Below are positions 58,191 through 64,000 of a stretch of 64,000 nucleotides of DNA, in pieces; position 1 is the stretch's first letter; every line of letters begins with the position of its first letter. The DNA comes from Treponemataceae bacterium (lineage in GTDB: Bacteria > Spirochaetota > Spirochaetia > Treponematales > Rectinemataceae). The stretch covers positions 96,001 to 160,000 of the forward strand of contig CAXXGJ010000018.1 in NCBI GenBank assembly GCA_963677895.2, read 5' to 3'. Under the pieces are notes generated by a model that made no database searches, had not been told where the DNA came from, and worked only from the letters and a program-made list of their open reading frames with translations. The translations under genes and the position numbers were made by a program.

Positions 58191-59138
58191 ATGATGACGA
58201 ACCGAAAGACTATTGTCGTGGCCATGGGCGGAAATGCCATTATCGAAGAAGGCACCGAGGGAACCATCACGCAGCAGTTCGCCAATACCAGAAAAAGCCT
58301 CGCGGCCGTAGTCGGCATGATAAGCGAAGGCCACAAGGTCGTTCTCACGCATGGCAATGGCCCGCAGGCCGGCGTCCATCTCATCCGCAACGAAGCTGCG
58401 AGCGCCCAGGTGCCGCCGTCCCCCCTCGGCGTCATCGTCGCCGACACGCAGGGGTCGATGGGCTACATGATAGCCCAGAGCCTTCAGAACGCCCTGCTCA
58501 AGCACGGCGTCAACAAACAGGTCGTGACGATCATCACGCAGGTCGAAGTCGATCCGCAGGATCCCTCCATGCTGAATCCGACCAAGTATGTCGGACCTTT
58601 CTACAGGGCGGACCAGGTCGAGAAGCTTCGCGAGCGAGGCTGGCAGATAAAGGAGGATCCGGGCCGCGGCTTCCGCAGGGTCGTGCCCAGCCCCATCCCT
58701 CTCGACGTCGTCGAGAAGGATACGATCAAGGACCTCATCGATGACGGGAAGATCGTCATCGCCGTGGGTGGGGGCGGCGTGCCCGTCTATCGCGAGCCCG
58801 ACGGCAGCCTGGAAGGCGTCGATGCCGTCATCGACAAGGACAGGGCTTCCTCCCTTCTGGCGAATCTGATCAACGCCGACGAACTCATCATCCTGACCGG
58901 CGTCGACAAGGTGGCCATCAATTTCAAGAAGCCCAACCAGCAGTTTTTCGACCATATGACGGTCGCCGAATGCGAGCGCTACCTGGCCGAAGGGCAGTTT
59001 CCCAAGGGCTCGATGGGACCCAAAATCGAGGCAGCCTGCGATTTCATCAAGAGGGGAGGGGCGCGCGTCATCATCACGACCATGGAGAACGCCAGCCTTG
59101 CCGTGGAAGGAAAAGCCGGCACCGTCATCACGGCCTGA
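58191..59138 (+). CDS. arcC: Carbamate kinase
   Basis: VVAMGGNAI, THGNGPQAG, NPTKYVGPFY, RRVVPSP, GGGGVPV, DAVIDKD and GSMGPK. Confidence 0.95.
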   Translation: MMTNRKTIVVAMGGNAIIEEGTEGTITQQFANTRKSLAAVVGMISEGHKVVLTHGNGPQAGVHLIRNEAASAQVPPSPLGVIVADTQGSMGYMIAQSLQNALLKHGVNKQVVTIITQVEVDPQDPSMLNPTKYVGPFYRADQVEKLRERGWQIKEDPGRGFRRVVPSPIPLDVVEKDTIKDLIDDGKIVIAVGGGGVPVYREPDGSLEGVDAVIDKDRASSLLANLINADELIILTGVDKVAINFKKPNQQFFDHMTVAECERYLAEGQFPKGSMGPKIEAACDFIKRGGARVIITTMENASLAVEGKAGTVITA

Positions 59139-59234
59139 GCTAGTCCTTCCGGAGTCCCGCATCGCAATGTTTAGCTTGACGAGTCTCTTGTATCCGTGGT
59201 ACTTTTTTTCGAATCTTTACATAAAGGATTGCAT

Positions 59235-59633
59235 ATGAATGCTATTTCCAAAGGCTTAGTCCTTCTTCAAGCTGCGGCTGCCAACCCCACCGGACAGATG
59301 GTTTCGACCCTCGTGACCTTCGGTCTCGTGTTCGTCGTCTTCTACTTCCTCATCATCCGCCCGCAGAACAAGAAGCAGAAAGAAATGAAGAACATGATCG
59401 CCGGCGTCAAGAAGGGCGACAAGATCGTGACCATCGGCGGCATCCATGGCACGGTTCACGCCGTCAAGGAAGGCACCGTCGTCGTCAAGGTCGACGATGA
59501 CTGCAAGATCGAGTTCTCCAAGTCCGCGGTAGCGACGGTTATCGTCGCCAAGACCGAGGAAAAACCCGTAGAAGTCCCCGCACAGACCGAAAAAGCTGAA
59601 AAAGCCGAAAAGTCCGAAGAAGAAAAGAAATAG
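59235..59633 (+). CDS. yajC: Preprotein translocase subunit YajC
   Basis: FYFLIIRPQNKKQK and KKGDKIVTIGGIHG; lies upstream of secDF. Confidence 0.95.
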   Translation: MNAISKGLVLLQAAAANPTGQMVSTLVTFGLVFVVFYFLIIRPQNKKQKEMKNMIAGVKKGDKIVTIGGIHGTVHAVKEGTVVVKVDDDCKIEFSKSAVATVIVAKTEEKPVEVPAQTEKAEKAEKSEEEKK

Positions 59634-59753
59634 TATCGAAGGCCTGACCTCCTCCTCACGGGAGTACTCTGATATTCATCTCCATGCCGCGTTTCGGCGT
59701 CAGAGGTAGGGGTCCGGTCATGTCAATGCGATATACAATGTGGAGTTATCGGA

Positions 59754-61484
59754 ATGAGTAAAATCCGTCGTCTGATCATCGTGCTTCTGGTGGTTGCCGT
59801 TTCCTTTGCCTTCCTGTTCCCGACGATACAGTGGTACGCACTGACGCCGAAGGAAGATCAGGCAACAGCGGTCGGCTCGCGCGAGCAGATTCGAGATTAT
59901 TCCCGCAGGATGGCCTATTCGGCCCTCGCGGAAATAAAGGACAAAGCGGCCGCTGGCGACACGACCGATCTTTCCAAGAAATTCGATGTCGTCGCCATCG
60001 TCGCGAAAAAAGCGTATAAAACCACCAAACGCGCGGTTCCCGCGCAGATGACGGCCGCCAATCTCCTCATGGCTTTCTCGAACGAAAGGTCCATGTTTGA
60101 CGCTGTCGAGTCCAAATACAGGGAAAAAGCGCTCAAGCTGAAGGATCTGCATGGCAACGCGGTCCAGCTGGGCCTTGACCTCGCGGGCGGCATGTCGGTG
60201 GTCATCCAGACTGACATGAAGGCGCTCTCCGAGAAGCTTGGGCACGAAGCCTCCTCTTCCGAACGCGAAGACGCCATGTCCCGCTCCGTCGAGGTGCTCA
60301 ATAGCCGCATCGACCAGTTCGGCCTGACCGAGCCTGTCATCAGGCGTCAGGGTGCCGATCAGATCTATGTCGAGATTCCAGGCACCGCCGATCCGGAAAG
60401 GATCAACTCCATAATCATGGGCAAGGGCAATCTCGGATTCTATATCGTGGATTCCGAGGCCACCTCAGCGCTCAGCTCCTATCTGACCAGCAATCCTCTC
60501 GGCGTCGACGAGAGGACGATGACGGTTTCAGAGCCGGGAATCGTTCCCGAGGGCAAGATCATCCAGAAGGTCTACAAGAAAGACAGCTACGGTCTCGACG
60601 AGTTCACGGGCGAGTACCTTGTCGTGGAAGGAAAACCCGGCCTCGATGGAAGCCATGTCCAAAGCGCCACGGTGTCCAGTGACCAGATCACCGGCCAGCC
60701 CGAGACCAACTTTGTCCTCGACAAAGAGGGCGGGGATATTTTCTACGCGATGACCAGCGCCAACGTCGGGAAGTCCATGGCGGTCGTCCTCGACGACAGG
60801 GTCAAGTCCTATGCCAGGATACAGGAACCGATCCGCGAATCGGTGCGCATCACCGGGTTCAACTCTGATGAGGCCCAGACACTCGCCACCCTGCTCAGAA
60901 CGGCGGCGCTTCCCGTGTCCATGTCGGTCGCCAACCAGCAGGCCATCGGCGCCTCGCTGGGCGAGGATGCCATAGCCCAGGGCAAGAACGCCATCATGGT
61001 CGGCCTGCTCGCCGTATTCGTGTTCATGTTCGCCTATTACAAGGGCGCCGGCGTAAACGCCACGATCGCGCAGGTCGCCAACCTCTTCATCATGATCTCG
61101 GTGCTTACCGCATTCAAGTTGACCTTGACCCTGCCTTCCATCGCCGGCTTCGTGCTGACGGTGGGCATGGCGGTCGACGCGAACGTCGTCATATTCGAGC
61201 GTATAAAAGAAGAGTTGCTCGACGGAAAAACCAGAAAGGCCTCCATCGAGGCCGGATTCCATAAGGCATTCTGGGCGGTCATGGACTCCAACATCACGAC
61301 GATCATCGCGGCTCTCTTCCTGGCTCAGCTTGGGTCGGGCTCCATTCAGGGCTTCGCGATTTCCCTTGCGATCGGCAACATAACCAGCCTTTTCACCTCG
61401 CTCTTTGTATCCAAGCTCATCTTTGATTTCGAGACCGATGTTCTTCAAAAAAAGAGCGTCTCCATCAGCTGGAGGATCAAGTAA
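59754..61484 (+). CDS. secD: Protein translocase subunit SecD
   Basis: LGLDLAGG, RIDQFGLTEP, IGASLG, GMAVDANVVIFERIKEE and DSNITT. Confidence 0.96.
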   Translation: MSKIRRLIIVLLVVAVSFAFLFPTIQWYALTPKEDQATAVGSREQIRDYSRRMAYSALAEIKDKAAAGDTTDLSKKFDVVAIVAKKAYKTTKRAVPAQMTAANLLMAFSNERSMFDAVESKYREKALKLKDLHGNAVQLGLDLAGGMSVVIQTDMKALSEKLGHEASSSEREDAMSRSVEVLNSRIDQFGLTEPVIRRQGADQIYVEIPGTADPERINSIIMGKGNLGFYIVDSEATSALSSYLTSNPLGVDERTMTVSEPGIVPEGKIIQKVYKKDSYGLDEFTGEYLVVEGKPGLDGSHVQSATVSSDQITGQPETNFVLDKEGGDIFYAMTSANVGKSMAVVLDDRVKSYARIQEPIRESVRITGFNSDEAQTLATLLRTAALPVSMSVANQQAIGASLGEDAIAQGKNAIMVGLLAVFVFMFAYYKGAGVNATIAQVANLFIMISVLTAFKLTLTLPSIAGFVLTVGMAVDANVVIFERIKEELLDGKTRKASIEAGFHKAFWAVMDSNITTIIAALFLAQLGSGSIQGFAISLAIGNITSLFTSLFVSKLIFDFETDVLQKKSVSISWRIK

Positions 61485-62744
61485 ATGAAACGAGTCATTC
61501 GGTTCAGCCGATTTTTCGTGCCTTCCTATATCCTTTCGGGGATTCTGATTTTGGCCGGCATCATCGGCTACTTCACGATGGGTTTCAATCTGGGCGTCGA
61601 CTTTCAGGCCGGCGTGAACCAGACCGTCCAGCTCGCGTATCCGGTGGCGAATATCAGCTATGCCGGCAAGGGTAACGCCGAGCTTCGCGTTTCGGAGAAG
61701 GAGCTCACGCTCGTGTTCTCCGGTGCCGAAGTGGATCAGAAAACCGTTCTTTTCGATTACGCGACCTATCCGACGGTTGGCGACCTGGCGAAAGCCCTGT
61801 CCGCGGAACAGTCCGTGCAAGTCGCTGTCGAATCGGGTCAGGAAGCCGCGGCTTCGAGCCTGCTCGTGCCGACCTATCAGGGCAATACGCTCATAAGCGA
61901 AAAGCCCATGACCCTCCACAGGGCCCCCTCCAACGACACGGAGCTTTTCGCTTCGATCGATGACGTGAGGGACTCCGTGAAGGGCTTCGGCCAGATTTCG
62001 GTGCAGACGATGAAACCGGCTTCCATACAGCGCTATATGATCCGCGTCGAAGACAACGGCACCGATCCCAATTTCACCACCACCGCGCGCAACGCGATCA
62101 TCTCGGGCCTGGACGCCAAATTCGGAGCGAACAAGGTAGTCGAGCTGAAAACGGACTTCGTCGGCGCCAGGTTTTCGCAGAACCTTTCCAAGACGTCTTT
62201 GCTGCTCGTCATCGCGACGCTCGCGCTCATCCTCCTGTACTCGACCATCCGTTTCAGGATCGATTATGCCCTGGGCGCCGTTCTGGCAATCGCGCACGAC
62301 GCGCTCATAATGATCGGATTCATCGTCTGGACGAGAATGGAGTTCAATTCGACGACGATAGCGGCCATCCTCACCATCCTGGGATACTCCATCAACGACA
62401 CGATCGTTCAGTTCGATCGTGTGCGCGAGGAAAGAAAGCTCAGACCGAACGACAAGTTCGTCGACGTCATCGATTCGGCGTTGACGGTGACCCTCGGAAG
62501 AACGATCATCACGACCGCCTCCACCATGTTGACGGTTTTGGCTCTCTTCTTCTTCACGACCGGGAGCATGAAGGATTTCGCGCTCGCTTTGCTCGTGGGC
62601 ATGGTTTCCGGAACCTACTCAACGCTCTATATCGCCAGCGGTTTCGTCGACTGGTGGAACAAGCGCGGCTTTAAAAACGGCAAGGGAAAGAAAGCGGAAA
62701 AAACCGTTACGCCCTCGAATGCCGCGACCGAAAACCAGGCTTGA
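61485..62744 (+). CDS. secF: Protein translocase subunit SecF
   Basis: LGVDFQAG, AHD, GYSINDTIVQFDRVRE, RTIIT and GTYST. Confidence 0.96.
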   Translation: MKRVIRFSRFFVPSYILSGILILAGIIGYFTMGFNLGVDFQAGVNQTVQLAYPVANISYAGKGNAELRVSEKELTLVFSGAEVDQKTVLFDYATYPTVGDLAKALSAEQSVQVAVESGQEAAASSLLVPTYQGNTLISEKPMTLHRAPSNDTELFASIDDVRDSVKGFGQISVQTMKPASIQRYMIRVEDNGTDPNFTTTARNAIISGLDAKFGANKVVELKTDFVGARFSQNLSKTSLLLVIATLALILLYSTIRFRIDYALGAVLAIAHDALIMIGFIVWTRMEFNSTTIAAILTILGYSINDTIVQFDRVREERKLRPNDKFVDVIDSALTVTLGRTIITTASTMLTVLALFFFTTGSMKDFALALLVGMVSGTYSTLYIASGFVDWWNKRGFKNGKGKKAEKTVTPSNAATENQA

Positions 62745-62763
62745 AATAATCTCCTTGCTTGAT

Positions 62764-62813
62764 GAAGCGTGCCGGGAAGTGAAGCTGGGGCTTCTTTTCC
62801 GGCACTTCTTTTA
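62764..62813 (+). terminator. Intrinsic terminator after secF
   Basis: GAAGCGTGCCGGGAAG...TTTTCCGGCACTTC hairpin followed by TTTT. Confidence 0.65.
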
Positions 62814-62866
62814 TTAGGCGGCACTTTACATAAAAGGGGCGGATAGGTTATATTTGCACCCGCATC

Positions 62867-62938
62867 GGCGCCGTACCCAAGTGGTAAGGGGGAGGTCTGC
62901 AAAACCTTTATGCATCGGTTCAATTCCGATCGGCGCCT
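62867..62938 (+). tRNA. tRNA-Cys(GCA)
   Basis: Acceptor stem GGCGCCG/CGGCGCC, D-loop AAGTGGTAA, anticodon arm GAGGT-CTGCAAA-ACCTT, T-arm ATCGG-TTCAATT-CCGAT, and a U discriminator. Upstream promoter TTTACA-18-TATATT. Confidence 0.96.
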
Positions 62939-62949
62939 CAATTGTCATC

Positions 62950-62984
62950 GGCCATCGGCGCGGAAGCTCCGATGGCCTTTTTTT
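62950..62984 (+). terminator. Intrinsic terminator after tRNA-Cys
   Basis: GGCCATCGG...CCGATGGCC followed by a T7 run. Confidence 0.85.
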
Positions 62985-63064
62985 ACGTTATGCGCCTGAA
63001 CTTGTTTATTGACGCCGGGAAATCTTCATTCTAGAGTAGAGGCTCGTTAGTGAGGCAATATAGC

Positions 63065-64000
63065 GTGAGCGGGCATAAGGTAGAAGGTAGCGGAAAAGGC
63101 TGGGCCGCGCGGAGGGCTTTGCCGCTGCCGCTTTTATTCGCGGCCATCGTAATAGTCTCTTTCCTGGTCTTTTCCGGCAATATCGGCAAAAAGGAGAGAA
63201 TCCTGTGCGGCGCGGTGGCCTTTCACGCGTCGGAGGAAATGACCGCCCTGCTCAACGGGTTTCTGGATGAAGGCGCCGTCCTGAAAGACGCGCTCGAAAA
63301 GAAAGCTTCGATGGGGAAGAGCGAGCTGGAAGCGATCGCTTCTTCGATCCTGAATTCGCGTCCCTTTATCATCGGCGTCAGCATCGCCCCTTCCGCGGTC
63401 GTCAAGTATCACTTTCCCGAACAAGGCAATGAATCGCTCATCGGCCACGACCTTCTCTCCAATCCGGACAGGAGGGATGCCCTTACGCGCTCCGTAGAGC
63501 TCAAAGCTCCCGTCCTGTCCGGACCCTTCGAATCTGTGGAAGGCGGCAACGTGTTTTTCCTTCGCTACCCCGTCTTTTCCGGCGGACGACTCTGGGGGTT
63601 CACGAGCATCACGGCGGATTTCGGCGCGATGGTAGAATCGCTTGGCTTGGAGAAGCATTATCCAGGCTTCGCGTTCGCCTTTTCAGACAAGAGCGGAGAT
63701 TCGATCCCGAACTCATCCGCGGAAACCAATGACGGTTCGGGAGCGGCGGAAAGGTTCCTGGCGGGAAGGAAAGGCGCCTTCAACGGCGGCATGTCCAGCG
63801 CTATATCATTGCCGGGAGCCGACTGGCGAATTCATGTCATGCCCTTGGCCGGCTGGACCGTCGTCGACCCTTTCCTGTACGTCATCCTTCTTGCCGGATT
63901 GACGGGCGCCGCGCTGCTTTTCATCATATTCTACCTGAATGCGTTGAAGGCAGGCGCGCCAGCGGCCTTACGCGCGTCAGCCGCGCCTGATGACCAGAAG
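63065..64000 (+). CDS. CHASE-domain membrane sensor protein; 3' end lies outside the window
   Basis: Missing from the ORF track because there is no stop. Hand translation from GTG 63065 gives a transmembrane helix, then APSAVVKYHFPEQGNESLIGHDLLSNPDRR...VLSGPFESVEGG...RYPVF...LWGF, then a second transmembrane helix. Promoter TTGACG-17-TAGAGT at 63009-63037. Confidence 0.8.
   Translation, partial: MSGHKVEGSGKGWAARRALPLPLLFAAIVIVSFLVFSGNIGKKERILCGAVAFHASEEMTALLNGFLDEGAVLKDALEKKASMGKSELEAIASSILNSRPFIIGVSIAPSAVVKYHFPEQGNESLIGHDLLSNPDRRDALTRSVELKAPVLSGPFESVEGGNVFFLRYPVFSGGRLWGFTSITADFGAMVESLGLEKHYPGFAFAFSDKSGDSIPNSSAETNDGSGAAERFLAGRKGAFNGGMSSAISLPGADWRIHVMPLAGWTVVDPFLYVILLAGLTGAALLFIIFYLNALKAGAPAALRASAAPDDQK

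Noticed and set aside
59634..59753. SRP RNA or a secDF arrest-peptide uORF
   Set aside because: No SRP domain IV consensus on either strand and no suitable ORF; kept only as an unnamed structure.
62627..62941. 104-aa minus-strand ORF
   Set aside because: It is the antisense reading of tRNA-Cys and the end of secF.
63134..63902. ORFs 63134..63658 (-) and 63642..63902 (+)
   Set aside because: They are shadows of the CHASE-domain gene that starts at 63065 and runs off the window.

Overview
This 64-kb window is GC-rich bacterial chromosomal DNA, most likely from a free-living spirochaete of the Treponemataceae/Rectinema type. That placement is inferred from the stand-alone EF-G2, the spirochaete-like SSB and SecD, and the MMPL-LolA-like-barrel trio. 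It is dense with housekeeping and metabolic genes; I found no transposase, integrase, phage gene or CRISPR array. In order it contains: a DUF4954-type gene (cut by the window edge), a C39-peptidase/beta-rich fusion, a DUF1207-like protein, fusA2, a U32-family protein, IclR and ssb; a 14-kb de novo purine cluster (purB-purL-purQ-purC-purE-purF-purD/M fusion-purN-purH-guaB); exbB-exbD-tonB; and a divergent signalling locus of REC-HD-GYP and a PEMT/ICMT-like membrane protein opposite a 7TM-GAF-PAS histidine kinase that ends in a FeeM/LuxI-like GNAT domain. Then follow a sugar-acid catabolic and ABC-uptake locus, a TetR-MMPL-LolA-like-barrel operon, trpB2, pirin with a small upstream ORF, thpR, ttcA and hslO. 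The last part holds a sigma54-driven Fe-S membrane protein pair, udk and a nitroreductase (each broken by one extra base), ispH, arcC with tandem ARG boxes, yajC-secD-secF, tRNA-Cys and a CHASE sensor (cut by the edge). The best leads are the kinase-acyltransferase fusion locus, a purine cluster whose gene order and enzyme classes mirror animal GART/PAICS/PFAS, recurring leaderless promoter geometry, and the C39-barrel fusion. All family calls come from reading motifs by eye; no database searches were run.
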